From: Nitrosopumilus sp.
Lineage (GTDB): Archaea > Thermoproteota > Nitrososphaeria > Nitrososphaerales > Nitrosopumilaceae
Reading direction: 5' to 3'
DNA length: 64,000 bases
NCBI GenBank assembly: GCA_965203315.1
Contig: OZ241857.1
Span: 1,184,001-1,248,000 of the forward strand
Shown: in pieces, positions 38,964-48,998 of the stretch
Layout of the letters: each line of letters opens with the position of its first letter
How positions within the stretch are numbered: position 1 is the first letter of the stretch
Notes under the pieces: generated by a model
Told to the model about the DNA's origin: nothing
The model's database searches: none
The model's input: the letters and a program-made list of their open reading frames with translations, nothing else
Program-made: the position numbers and the translations under genes

Positions 38964-39547
38964 ATGTAATCTGCCAACTCTGTATTCTTTAACTCTTTAA
39001 GAATTAGTTTGTGTATCTCTTCTTTTGGTTGTGTTGCGTTTATAATCTTCCAGTTATAACTCTCTGCTAGTCTTTTGTAGTGAACAGCTACCTTGCTCAG
39101 AAAATCGGCATCTGCTTCAAATTTGTCTCTAGATCTATGTTGTCTCTCAAATGACTCGTTTGGAGATATATCTAAAAAAAAGACAACATCTGGTTGCGGT
39201 AACCCCGCATCTAGATTCTCAAGCCATGCTTGATCGAGATCGTTTGCAAGTCCATATGCGATATTAGATTGATAGTAGCGATTCATTATAACTATATGAT
39301 CATTGTTTACAGACGTCTCTATCTCTTTTAACTTTTCCCACCTATTTGCAGATAAGAGGCAGTGAATTACTTGTGGTGGAAAGTTGCGTCTGTTGTCTAG
39401 ATACTCTCGGATCTCGCGTCCAATAGGAGTTGTATAGTCTGGAAAATCAAAGACTGTTGTCTTGTGGTGCTTGCCTAGTCGCTCTGCCAAGAGTCGAGTT
39501 TGAGTGTATTTACCTGCCTGATCAGTTCCCTCGATTACAATTATCAC
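38960..39547 (-). CDS. tmk: Thymidylate kinase
   Basis: IEGTDQAGKYTQ and NRY..S..AYG. Confidence 0.92.
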   Translation of the reverse strand: MIIVIEGTDQAGKYTQTRLLAERLGKHHKTTVFDFPDYTTPIGREIREYLDNRRNFPPQVIHCLLSANRWEKLKEIETSVNNDHIVIMNRYYQSNIAYGLANDLDQAWLENLDAGLPQPDVVFFLDISPNESFERQHRSRDKFEADADFLSKVAVHYKRLAESYNWKIINATQPKEEIHKLILKELKNTELADYI

Positions 39548-39618
39548 TAGATATACTCAAATTGCATCTAGATTATAATCTTGATGATCATGAATAATTT
39601 GTACAATATTACAAATCT

Positions 39619-40104
39619 GGTTCTGTTAAATTGACAGGTTGAGATAATGAGGATGTTATCTCATACATCAAAGTGCAAAAGTATTTTCCAAGACGACAAC
39701 AAGAGAATGTATATGTACTTTTTATGGATGTAATCATCTTGTAATGACGACAGCGCATATGTTATTTCTATAGGCAAAGTCGTTCAAACGATGTCCTTTT
39801 GATTTCCGTAAAGATATATTCATAATTACATAAGACTGTATGTGTATTATTGAGGATGTTCTATCCCCCAATCATTAAACATGACAACAATGAATCAATT
39901 TGCCCCTAGAAATCACACATGTATGTTCCGTTGTACCTCAAAATATGTACAAGATATAAGAAATACGCATACAATCTATACATGCCATTCTACGATCTAC
40001 TTGGAAGATATTTTTGCACTGTGGTATATTTAGTTAGGAGCCAGAAATGAGCAACCCCAAGATTTATTTGTTTATACTCATACGTCCCGACAAGTAACAG
40101 AACC
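39619..40104. mobile_element. 486-bp member of the GGTTCTGTT MITE/IS6-like family
   Basis: GGTTCTGTTAAATTGAC...CCCGACAAGTAACAGAACC matches both ends of 53666-53840. Confidence 0.75.
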
Positions 40105-40148
40105 CTACACATAATGATTTATGTATAAGCATTAATTAAATATCACAT

Positions 40149-43100
40149 ATGAGATTTTTCATATTAATTTTGATTTCTGTACTGACAATCACCAGTATCA
40201 GTCAGGCATACGCAGAGGAGATAAACATGGCCGAAAAGTTTGATCCAGGGTTCTACGACAGACTCCAAATGATGGTAGACCGGCAACGAACACCACCAGA
40301 TGGAACACCCTACGGCGCCACCCAGCTAGACGACTCGTACAATGTAATAATATACGTAGCAAGACATAACGTAAATTCCGATTTATCAGAAGACACTGAT
40401 AAAAACAAAGAAAAGATTGTGTCCATACTGAACGGGATCGGCGCTAGGGACATCATGGTAGCAAAATCATTATCTTTTATTACTGCTACTGTGCCAATTG
40501 ACTCTATCGCGGAACTGGCAAAACATGATATTGTGTACCAAATCGGAGACGGTGAAGAAAGAATAGAAGCTCATGTAGATAAAGCCAAAAAGATTGTTTT
40601 AGGAAGAGCCACTGACATTCCCATATACAACGAAGAGAGAGTAACAGGGAAGGGTATCAAAGTATCAGTTGTTGATGGTGGTATAAACAGCATATATCTA
40701 AATGATAAAGTTACAAAGAGGATATATTGTCCCTCTGGAACTTGTACTGTACAGAATGGATTGTTTCATGGTCCCGTGTTACATGATTTGGGGCTATTGA
40801 ATGGTACGAGTCCCACCACACATGGTACCCAAGTAGCTCAAATAATCGCAGCCTCGGGAATGTCCCAGAACAATGGAATCGCGCCAGGTGTAACATTACT
40901 GGATGCATTAAGCAGTATAGAATATCCCAATCATAGATCCAGATCACCATATCCGAGTGGGACCGCATTCGCCCATACGCTGGATTGGTCATATACACAA
41001 GGAGCAGATGTAATAAATATTAGTATGGGATCAAGTTGGGCGTGTTATCCAGCCCCCATCGCTTCAACTCTAAATATTATAGTTGATGAGGTAGTTGAAA
41101 AGGGAATAGTGTTTGTAACATCAGCTGGTAACCGTGGATTAAGTCAAACAGGTAATGCTGAATATAATACTATTACTGCATTCAGCTGTGCTCATAATTC
41201 AATTACAGTTGGTGGAATCGATAGCAGAACATCTAGTGTTAAAATGCACCCACATTCCAGTAGAGGACCATCTCATGATAGAACACCTATACTAAAACCA
41301 GATCTTGTTGCACCCGCTGTACATTTCAATCTACTTGATTCTTCTATACGAGATAGTCACCGTAAACTAGCTTCGGGAACAAGTTTTGCATCTCCTCTGG
41401 TGGCTGGTACAGTGGCGTTAATGTTAGAAGGAAATACACATCTAGAACCACATGATGTTAAAGCATTATTATTGTTGGGTGCAAACTGGACTGGTCCAGT
41501 ACCGTGCACATCCAAACAGTTCGAACAAAATAACCCACGTGATAACTGTTCGTTTGCAAAACAGCCCACCAATAAAAACACTGCAAATGGCAAAGATGGA
41601 TTAAAGATATTAAACAATGTGGGGTTTGGCATATTGAATACAAAACAAGCTGTACAGTATGCCAATCAACCAGAGTTGTATATATCAGATCAAATAACCA
41701 GTAAAGATAAAACAAAAATGTTTACCATCAACATAACTGATACTACTAAGCCTGTAAAGATAATTCTTAATTGGCTGGTGGAACCACCAGGTGATATAAT
41801 CAAAAAACGAACAGGAATAGTTTTGTTTCCTATAATAGATCTCAACTTTAATGTACAATGTGCAAGTGGACAAACCCTTGACGCTACATCAAGATATCAA
41901 ACCACAGAGTTTGTAGTGTTTAAACCTACTGCAAAGGGGAAATGTAATATTACTGTAACAGCTCCTGATACGGGTCGCGCTGCATACTTTGAGACATTTA
42001 ATTTCCGTGTAAACAATATACAACAAGACTTTACAATTGCAAGTACTGTTCCGTTTGTAAAAAACACACCATTAACAATACCGATCCCAATACAGTGTGG
42101 TGCAGGGACATCTCTGGTGAATGGTACATGTGTATCAAATATATCAACTCCACCACAATGTGAACAGGGTAGACTGGTAGCAAACCAATGTGTACCAAAT
42201 ACACCACCTCCACAATCAAACGTTCCTACAAACAATTCTGCAGCTAATCCAGGACAACAACCTATTCCACAACCTATTAACAAACCTGTTCCTGCCAACA
42301 ACAATTCCGCGTCTTTACCACAACAAGATGATCAAATTATACAAATAAACATATCTGGTGAAAAATATGATACCAATGGAAGAACCATTGATCTGTACCA
42401 CGGTATAAACAACAGAATGCGCATAGATACCGCGTACCAAGATGGTGGTACCACATACCATATCAATGATAAAGCGTACATTACAATATTTAGAGACACA
42501 TGGATTACAAACAAACAGTTTGAAGCGAGTGGTGGACAGTACTGTTATGTGGGAGATCTATTGGTCGGTCAAGATGCGGATATATCTCAAAATCATACAA
42601 ACTCTTTAAACATACAATTTAGAAAATCTACTGATCCTGATCGATGTATTGGATCGCCTAATATTGATTTAACAGGTAAACTCGTACTTGGTAAAGAAGT
42701 ATATGTAAGGTTTGTAGGTGCGAATGGTCAGACACCATTTTATTATAATGGTTCTGATATAATAGAGATACTAAAATGTTCTAGTGCCAATTTCACCAGC
42801 ACGACAAATACATTAAAGGACAGCACAGAAATATGTTATGGTAAAGACGGAAATGATACTATATTAGTTTCAAAGATACTAGCCGTGTTTGGAGTTACGA
42901 CCAATGATATACCAAAAATAAGAATAACCCCACCACTGCCACCGCCTCCACAGTGTGAACAGGGTACCACACTAGTAGAGGATCAATGCGTACCAAATAC
43001 ACCTCCTCCACCTGTACAAACAATCAATCCCATGGCACAATTATTAGTCCAAGATTATAACACGTACAAAAATATAATAAATGGTGACCAGATCGACCAA

Positions 43101-44543
43101 GAAAAGAGTGGCATTGTACATAAAATGTTGCCAAAATGTGTTCAAGATCATTCTCCCATCAAACAATCTACAAAGATATTAAAAACAGGAGATATCCAAA
43201 TAAACTATACCAGTCCACATAACTTTGCAGATGGAACAACATTTACAACAATTAAAAACGACGCTGGAACATTTACGGCGATATCATCAGATCCTACTTT
43301 AATATCCAGCAATACAAAGAAATTCGAATATACAAATGTAATTCCATACAATACAATAAACACGGATAATGATCATCTCGGTATAAGATCATTCTTTTTC
43401 ATACCCAGTAATACAATAAACAGTACAATGATATTTAGTAATAATAGTAATGGAATGCCACTATTTTACAAAGCAGGTTCAATTGCAATACAATTACCCA
43501 ACGCTACCAGCGGTACCACGTTTGTATCTGGTACTCTTGATGGTCTAACTGGTACAGTATATGTTCCATCTGGAAATACTATAACTTTGGACGATCCAGT
43601 ATTTTGTGAGTTTGGTGTTACAAAACCAAAACAAGTTGCCAAGATATTTGATCTAGATCTAAAATTCAAAAATGTAACTCAGGGATTAGAAGTTACATAC
43701 CAGTTTGAAAAACAAACATTTCAATCTGGAACTGGTACGGTCAAAGAAGTAAAACCGAACATATTACATTGGATTGCACAGGCTGGTTCTTATTTTGCCA
43801 CAGGTGAAACGACAGACAAAATAACCAAGGACTATACATTTACAATCCCGTTAAGATTGCCAAACAATTATGATATTATAATATACGGTACAAATAAACA
43901 AGAAAGTAAAATACAAGGCATGTATAGAGATTCATCATTACGATATGGTGAACAGTTTGTAAACCCAATGCCAATGCTTCCGTTACCAGTAATTCAAATC
44001 ACACTACCCGCATTTGAAAAATATGACACCAATGGTCGAACGATCGATCTATACCACGGCATAAACAATAGAATGAGAATAGACACCGCGTACCAAGAAG
44101 GTGGAACCGCGTACCACATTAATGATAAAGCTGAAATCATAATGTTCCGCGACACGTGGATTACAAATAAACAGTTTACAGCCAGTGGTGGGCAGTACTG
44201 TTATGTGGGAGATTTACGAGTCAATCAAAATACAACTCTGGATAGTACAACTCTTAAAGTAGAATTTAGAAAATCCGCTGATAAAACGAGATGTAATGGT
44301 TCACCAGAAATAACACTTGATGATAAATTGATCCTAGATAAAGAGATCTTTGTAAGATTTGTAGGAGCAGATGGTAAAACACCATTTTATAATACTGGAA
44401 CAGATGTGGATATTCCAAAATGTTCTAATGAGAACTTTGATTCTACAAATCAATTGATTGGCAATACTGAGATATGTTATGGTAAGGATAATAATGATAC
44501 AATACTAGTCTCAAAAATACTTGCTACATTTGGTGTTAAATAA
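40149..44543 (+). CDS. Large secreted S8 (subtilisin-like) protease with repeated C-terminal domains
   Basis: Signal peptide; VVDGG, HGTQVA, SAGN and SGTSFASP; three QC..G..LV...CV motifs; ~175-aa domain at ~42360 and ~44016. Confidence 0.92.
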   Translation: MRFFILILISVLTITSISQAYAEEINMAEKFDPGFYDRLQMMVDRQRTPPDGTPYGATQLDDSYNVIIYVARHNVNSDLSEDTDKNKEKIVSILNGIGARDIMVAKSLSFITATVPIDSIAELAKHDIVYQIGDGEERIEAHVDKAKKIVLGRATDIPIYNEERVTGKGIKVSVVDGGINSIYLNDKVTKRIYCPSGTCTVQNGLFHGPVLHDLGLLNGTSPTTHGTQVAQIIAASGMSQNNGIAPGVTLLDALSSIEYPNHRSRSPYPSGTAFAHTLDWSYTQGADVINISMGSSWACYPAPIASTLNIIVDEVVEKGIVFVTSAGNRGLSQTGNAEYNTITAFSCAHNSITVGGIDSRTSSVKMHPHSSRGPSHDRTPILKPDLVAPAVHFNLLDSSIRDSHRKLASGTSFASPLVAGTVALMLEGNTHLEPHDVKALLLLGANWTGPVPCTSKQFEQNNPRDNCSFAKQPTNKNTANGKDGLKILNNVGFGILNTKQAVQYANQPELYISDQITSKDKTKMFTINITDTTKPVKIILNWLVEPPGDIIKKRTGIVLFPIIDLNFNVQCASGQTLDATSRYQTTEFVVFKPTAKGKCNITVTAPDTGRAAYFETFNFRVNNIQQDFTIASTVPFVKNTPLTIPIPIQCGAGTSLVNGTCVSNISTPPQCEQGRLVANQCVPNTPPPQSNVPTNNSAANPGQQPIPQPINKPVPANNNSASLPQQDDQIIQINISGEKYDTNGRTIDLYHGINNRMRIDTAYQDGGTTYHINDKAYITIFRDTWITNKQFEASGGQYCYVGDLLVGQDADISQNHTNSLNIQFRKSTDPDRCIGSPNIDLTGKLVLGKEVYVRFVGANGQTPFYYNGSDIIEILKCSSANFTSTTNTLKDSTEICYGKDGNDTILVSKILAVFGVTTNDIPKIRITPPLPPPPQCEQGTTLVEDQCVPNTPPPPVQTINPMAQLLVQDYNTYKNIINGDQIDQEKSGIVHKMLPKCVQDHSPIKQSTKILKTGDIQINYTSPHNFADGTTFTTIKNDAGTFTAISSDPTLISSNTKKFEYTNVIPYNTINTDNDHLGIRSFFFIPSNTINSTMIFSNNSNGMPLFYKAGSIAIQLPNATSGTTFVSGTLDGLTGTVYVPSGNTITLDDPVFCEFGVTKPKQVAKIFDLDLKFKNVTQGLEVTYQFEKQTFQSGTGTVKEVKPNILHWIAQAGSYFATGETTDKITKDYTFTIPLRLPNNYDIIIYGTNKQESKIQGMYRDSSLRYGEQFVNPMPMLPLPVIQITLPAFEKYDTNGRTIDLYHGINNRMRIDTAYQEGGTAYHINDKAEIIMFRDTWITNKQFTASGGQYCYVGDLRVNQNTTLDSTTLKVEFRKSADKTRCNGSPEITLDDKLILDKEIFVRFVGADGKTPFYNTGTDVDIPKCSNENFDSTNQLIGNTEICYGKDNNDTILVSKILATFGVK

Positions 44544-44546
44544 AAA

Positions 44547-44830
44547 GGCGATTAGTTATCTGGGCCCTAACATGTACTGAACCAATAAATCAAACAGGTC
44601 GCAATCTAGGTTATTGTATCACTACTCCATCTCCTTGACATAGAGTAGAAATTTATTTGGACTCACACCTCGATACTTTACCAAGTTCAATTTTACAAAG
44701 CCCCAGAATCCTTCCATTCCGTCGATGTGCACTTTGCCCCTCGCAAGATGTTTTGGTGATCAACTGATTCTCGCTTGTATCCATGAAAGACCAGAGTGTC
44801 ATATCCTTTCCATTTGTCTGCATTCATGCT
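44547..44830 (-). mobile_element. IS1595-family remnant
   Basis: Starts with GGCGATTAG and aligns with 35145 onward (EGFWGFVK..KYRGVS); end approximate. Confidence 0.7.
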
Positions 44831-44857
44831 TGATTATTACCGATTCATTATCACCCA

Positions 44858-44931
44858 TCTACGAGATCCTATAAGGAAAAATTACGGGAAAAGCCTTGCG
44901 GAATGTCATCCCACGTAAACCGAAAAGATCC
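44858..44931. repeat. Inverted partial copy of the GGATCT-TIR MITE
   Basis: Reverse complement ggatcttttcggtttacgtgggatgaca... aligns with 53008-53080. Confidence 0.7.
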
Positions 44932-44972
44932 GTTGAGACATATTTATTAACTAAAAATAGAGTACTGTATAC

Positions 44973-45350
44973 ATGACGTGTGTTATGAATCAAGTCATAA
45001 AAGAGATCAGTAGTAAATCTAGAGAGTTTTACGAGTTTGTCTTACCGCCAGTCGATATGTATAGTACCAAAGACAAGTTGCGTATAGTTGTAGATATGCC
45101 AGGGTTTGCAAAGAACGATATCGATCTCGTCTTGTGTGGTAATGTACTATCTATAAAGGCAATAAAGTCTGACGAACAGTCAGATACACTAATCCTAAAG
45201 CAACGACCAAATATCATAGACAAGAAGATACGACTTCCAATACACATCAAGGAAGGTCATGAAGAGATCGAGTCTGCAAAGTATGCAGAGGGGATTCTAG
45301 AACTAGTAATACCCATTGAAAAGAAGGGTAAAGAGATTACGATAGAGTAG
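44973..45350 (+). CDS. Small heat shock protein (Hsp20)
   Basis: PPVDMY, VDMPGF and AKYAEGILELVIP. Confidence 0.88.
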   Translation: MTCVMNQVIKEISSKSREFYEFVLPPVDMYSTKDKLRIVVDMPGFAKNDIDLVLCGNVLSIKAIKSDEQSDTLILKQRPNIIDKKIRLPIHIKEGHEEIESAKYAEGILELVIPIEKKGKEITIE

Positions 45351-45353
45351 ACA

Positions 45354-46898
45354 TTAGTTATTTCTGAGTAGATAGGATCCTATCATTATTATGCCAGAGC
45401 ATACGACTCCAGCAACTGCTACTAGTTCGTTTGTAGTGTATAGTATCATTGAACCAAGAAATACACTAGAAGCAAATATGCTTCCTGCTATCAACACAGT
45501 CTTTTTTGGGCGACGCATATGTTCACGAAACTCGTCGATGGTGTTTCTCATCTCTGGTCCAATCTTGATTGCAGCGTCTATAGACTTTACAAAGTTGTCA
45601 AGTGTTATCTTGATCTCTTCTACATATGCACGACTGATCAGATTCTCTTCTTCTAGTATACTTTGTAATACCTTGACGAATCTAAAGTCAACATCATGCG
45701 TCTTGTATATTCCTTCAATAATTGATGCCATTCTCATGTATAGTGCCAAATTCTTTGGTAAGACAAATGGGAAACGACTCATGGTTTGGTTTGCAAACTC
45801 GATCAAACTCTGAACCTGCATCTCGTCTGGTCTATTTCCATGCATTGCAGAAATTGATAGTTCTATTCCTTTCTCCATTACAGCTCGATTGTATCCAGGA
45901 GTGAGCATTCCTAGATCACTCATTGCATTTACAACACGAGATGGGCTCTTTTCAACTAGTGCTAGATATAGCCGGATCAGTTTGTGACGAGTCTCTTCGT
46001 TTATTCGACCTACCATTCCATAGTCGTATAAGATAAGCTTGCCATTATCGGTCACAGAGATGTTACCCGGATGAGGATCAGCATGAAATATAGAATATTT
46101 TAGCAACATGGTAAAGAATACTTTGTGTACGTCTATTACGAGTTGTTTACGATCTATTCCCTTCTCCTCGAGTGCTTGTACGTTTGTAACCTTGATGCCT
46201 GGTAAATACTCCATAGTAAGTACATTCTTGGATGAGTATTGATCAAAGACTAAAGGTACTAGTACATTATCTGACTGCTCCATGTTGCGTTTGATCCGTT
46301 TGAGATTTTTAGATTCGTTGGTATAGTCGAGCTCTTCATGGATCGTCTCGATGAACTGTGCCAACATTGCTTTTGCAGAGAAACGTAGATTCTTGTCTAC
46401 AAATCGTAGACCTAGTGGTAGGATCTTTTTGAGGATCTTGAGATCTTGTTCTACTACCAACTCTATTCCAGGTCGTTTAACCTTGATGACTATTTGTTGA
46501 TTAGAGATCACACCTCTATACACTTGACCAAGAGATGCTCCAGATATTGGATCTGGATCTATACTATCAAAGTGTTCATCGATAGGTCCTAGATCATCTT
46601 CTATTATTGGCTTCACTTGATCAAATGGTGCGGAAGGAACGCTATCTTGAAGTTTTGCTAGTTCCTCGAGATATGGTTGTGGTAGAATATCTGCTCGAGA
46701 TGACAACCATTGACCCAACTTTATGTATACCGGTCCAAGTGTAACAAAGACATCCAAAAAACGCCTAGCATGCCTACGAAATGACTCAGAATCAATCTGA
46801 TTCTCTTTGCTGTTGATCCACAGCTGTCGATCTCTGCGTAAAGCGAGGATTGATGGAAACAGTTTGACAAATACGCGAATCATTCGAATCGTCGACAT
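45354..46898 (-). CDS. ABC1/UbiB/AarF family kinase
   Basis: LGPVYIKLGQ, ASLGQVY, FHADPHPGN and DYG; start at MSTIRM. Confidence 0.92.
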   Translation of the reverse strand: MSTIRMIRVFVKLFPSILALRRDRQLWINSKENQIDSESFRRHARRFLDVFVTLGPVYIKLGQWLSSRADILPQPYLEELAKLQDSVPSAPFDQVKPIIEDDLGPIDEHFDSIDPDPISGASLGQVYRGVISNQQIVIKVKRPGIELVVEQDLKILKKILPLGLRFVDKNLRFSAKAMLAQFIETIHEELDYTNESKNLKRIKRNMEQSDNVLVPLVFDQYSSKNVLTMEYLPGIKVTNVQALEEKGIDRKQLVIDVHKVFFTMLLKYSIFHADPHPGNISVTDNGKLILYDYGMVGRINEETRHKLIRLYLALVEKSPSRVVNAMSDLGMLTPGYNRAVMEKGIELSISAMHGNRPDEMQVQSLIEFANQTMSRFPFVLPKNLALYMRMASIIEGIYKTHDVDFRFVKVLQSILEEENLISRAYVEEIKITLDNFVKSIDAAIKIGPEMRNTIDEFREHMRRPKKTVLIAGSIFASSVFLGSMILYTTNELVAVAGVVCSGIIMIGSYLLRNN

Positions 46899-46902
46899 GC
46901 TC

Positions 46903-47253
46903 TCACTTGTCTTTGAGTCTCCTAGTTGCCACATATGCTAGAGAACCAAGCAGTATTGATGATATAATCTTGGAGGGAATGGATCGATTAGGTTTCAGGA
47001 CTCCACCTAGTACTGCACATCCAAGTGCAACTAGTATCTCTGGCTCATCATGTACTAGATGACCAATCGGATCTACACGTGGATCTACTGCATCGGTGTG
47101 AACTAGAAATTTATCTGAATACTCTCTTATGTGCAAGTTTCCATAACGATACTGTCGGATCGAGTCGTTTCTATGACCAAGAATTGTCTCCTCTGCATCA
47201 TCTAGCATAAATTCTCGTATCTCTTTTGGAACGACAATCTCATCGCTTGACAT
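46903..47253 (-). CDS. Hypothetical protein with C-terminal TM segments
   Basis: QYRYGNLHIREY..VHTDAVDPRVDPIGHL. Confidence 0.7.
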   Translation of the reverse strand: MSSDEIVVPKEIREFMLDDAEETILGHRNDSIRQYRYGNLHIREYSDKFLVHTDAVDPRVDPIGHLVHDEPEILVALGCAVLGGVLKPNRSIPSKIISSILLGSLAYVATRRLKDK

Positions 47254-47409
47254 CGATCGCAATAGAGAGACTGTCGTTTATAATTCTAAGGTAAAGTTGT
47301 GTGAGATCTAGCAGACAGAGACCATTTTACTAGGCGTTGTCTGTATCACATATCAAAAGATCCACAGACGAATGTTTTAGTGAGTTGGTTTTTGATTTGT
47401 AAAGAAATA

Positions 47410-47442
47410 TCAGTGTCTAAAATTCAGTTTTGTGCCTATTCA
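47410..47442. repeat. Orphan copy of the IS630-like end
   Basis: Reverse complement tgaataggcacaaaactgaattttagacac matches 33939-33970. Confidence 0.6.
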
Positions 47443-47498
47443 TCGGACAGTGTCCTACAGCATTGAGAATTTAATAGGCAAATATTGTACAATATATT

Positions 47499-48728
47499 AT
47501 GAAGATTGGTGAGTTTATCTACCCATGGGGTGGCGGTCATTACTCTAGAATGATGAGGTTGAATGCAGTACTCGATGATCATGTTGATAATTATGAGATA
47601 CATTATGCAAGTAAGGGCCATGTGTATGAAAAGCTTCAAAGACGCTTTCCAGATGCATTAGATAAAATTCATAAAATATTGATGCCCACTCCTATTGATG
47701 GCAAGTTTGGACCTAGCATTACACTATCATTAATGAACATACTCTTGCCTGTGGCAAATAATCCTCCACTTGTAAATCAAATTGCAAATTATTTGAGAGA
47801 AGAACGTCTATTGTATGACAGGCTTCACTTTGATCTAGTCATAAATGATGGCGATATGGGCTCAAACGTTCTAGCAAACAATAGAAATATACCTAGTCTC
47901 TTTATCACGAACCAATTTCGTCCCAAGCTGTATAGTACAAGAATGTATCTCTATCCGTCAGCTGTATTTATTGCAAAGCAGATAAGCAAGGCTACAAAGA
48001 TTCTTGTAGCTGACTCGCCGCCTCCATATACAATCTGTAAATACAACCTAAACTTTACTGATAATATTAAAGATAAAGTGGTATATGTAGGTCACTTTAC
48101 AGAATCAACAGAGATCAAACGCAAATCAGAGACAGATTTGGAGAAATTAATCAAAGGTAAAGAGTTTGGGTATTGGATGCGTACTGGTAACAAATCAACA
48201 AATGATGTAACCGGACAGCGATATGACAAAATATTTGCTGATCAAAGAATGATACGTGAATGTAGAATAGTCTCCCATGCGAGAGATGATTCTAGCATAG
48301 ATCGTGTAATTGGTAAAGATGGCAAGATATACACAGTATCAGATGCTCTAGATAAAGACATAGATTGGTTACAGATCGATATAGGATTTTTAACTGACCA
48401 AGAGAAGGACTCGGTTCTAAACGAGTCTAGATATGTTGTGATAAATGGATCACATACAGTAATGGGTGAGATTATTGGAGGTAAGGCAAAGCCGATAATT
48501 GGAATGCCCATATACGATGAACATACAAACAATATCAAATGGGCCGCAGAGCAAGGACTAGGCGTACTTGCTACAAGGACCAACACTGCGATCGGTGCAA
48601 TACATGAGATAAAGACAAATTATGAAAAGTTTGAAGAGAGTTTAGCAGATTTTGTGAAAAATTTTGTCTCTACTGGTGCTACAAACTCGGCAAAGATAGC
48701 AGCAGAGATGTTGGAAGAAAAGAGATAA
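47499..48728 (+). CDS. GT-B fold glycosyltransferase (GT28/MJ1255-like)
   Basis: PWGGGHYSR, DLVINDG and GSHTVMGE..GK.KPII..P..DEH. Confidence 0.8.
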   Translation: MKIGEFIYPWGGGHYSRMMRLNAVLDDHVDNYEIHYASKGHVYEKLQRRFPDALDKIHKILMPTPIDGKFGPSITLSLMNILLPVANNPPLVNQIANYLREERLLYDRLHFDLVINDGDMGSNVLANNRNIPSLFITNQFRPKLYSTRMYLYPSAVFIAKQISKATKILVADSPPPYTICKYNLNFTDNIKDKVVYVGHFTESTEIKRKSETDLEKLIKGKEFGYWMRTGNKSTNDVTGQRYDKIFADQRMIRECRIVSHARDDSSIDRVIGKDGKIYTVSDALDKDIDWLQIDIGFLTDQEKDSVLNESRYVVINGSHTVMGEIIGGKAKPIIGMPIYDEHTNNIKWAAEQGLGVLATRTNTAIGAIHEIKTNYEKFEESLADFVKNFVSTGATNSAKIAAEMLEEKR

Positions 48729-48750
48729 TAGAATATCTGTATGTGTTTGG

Positions 48751-48825
48751 TATGTCTGGCACGCGGGATGTTCGATGGGCGAACTGACCGCAAGGGATGA
48801 CGAAAAAATCCGCGTGTCAGATGTA
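48751..48825 (+). ncRNA. Candidate GC-rich small structured RNA with a CTGA/GATGA K-turn-like motif
   Basis: Terminal stem TCTGGCACGCGG / CCGCGTGTCAGA; GTTCG/CGAAC hairpin; CTGA-CC-GCAA-GG-GATGA. Confidence 0.5.
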
Positions 48826-48888
48826 TTAGCATATCTCTAAATTTTGAATAATGTAAATTATCTAAAAATTTGTAAAATATAGAATATG

Positions 48889-48939
48889 ATAGCACGTATG
48901 ATAGCATATACAATAGCATATACAATAGCATATACAATA
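48889..48939. repeat. 12-bp tandem repeat ATAGCATATACA (three perfect copies + one degenerate)
   Basis: Read directly from the sequence. Confidence 0.85.
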
Positions 48940-48998
48940 AATGAATTGTGTAATTAACTTTGTGTGTTTTTGGTTTTTAGTACTATTACTAGAAAATC

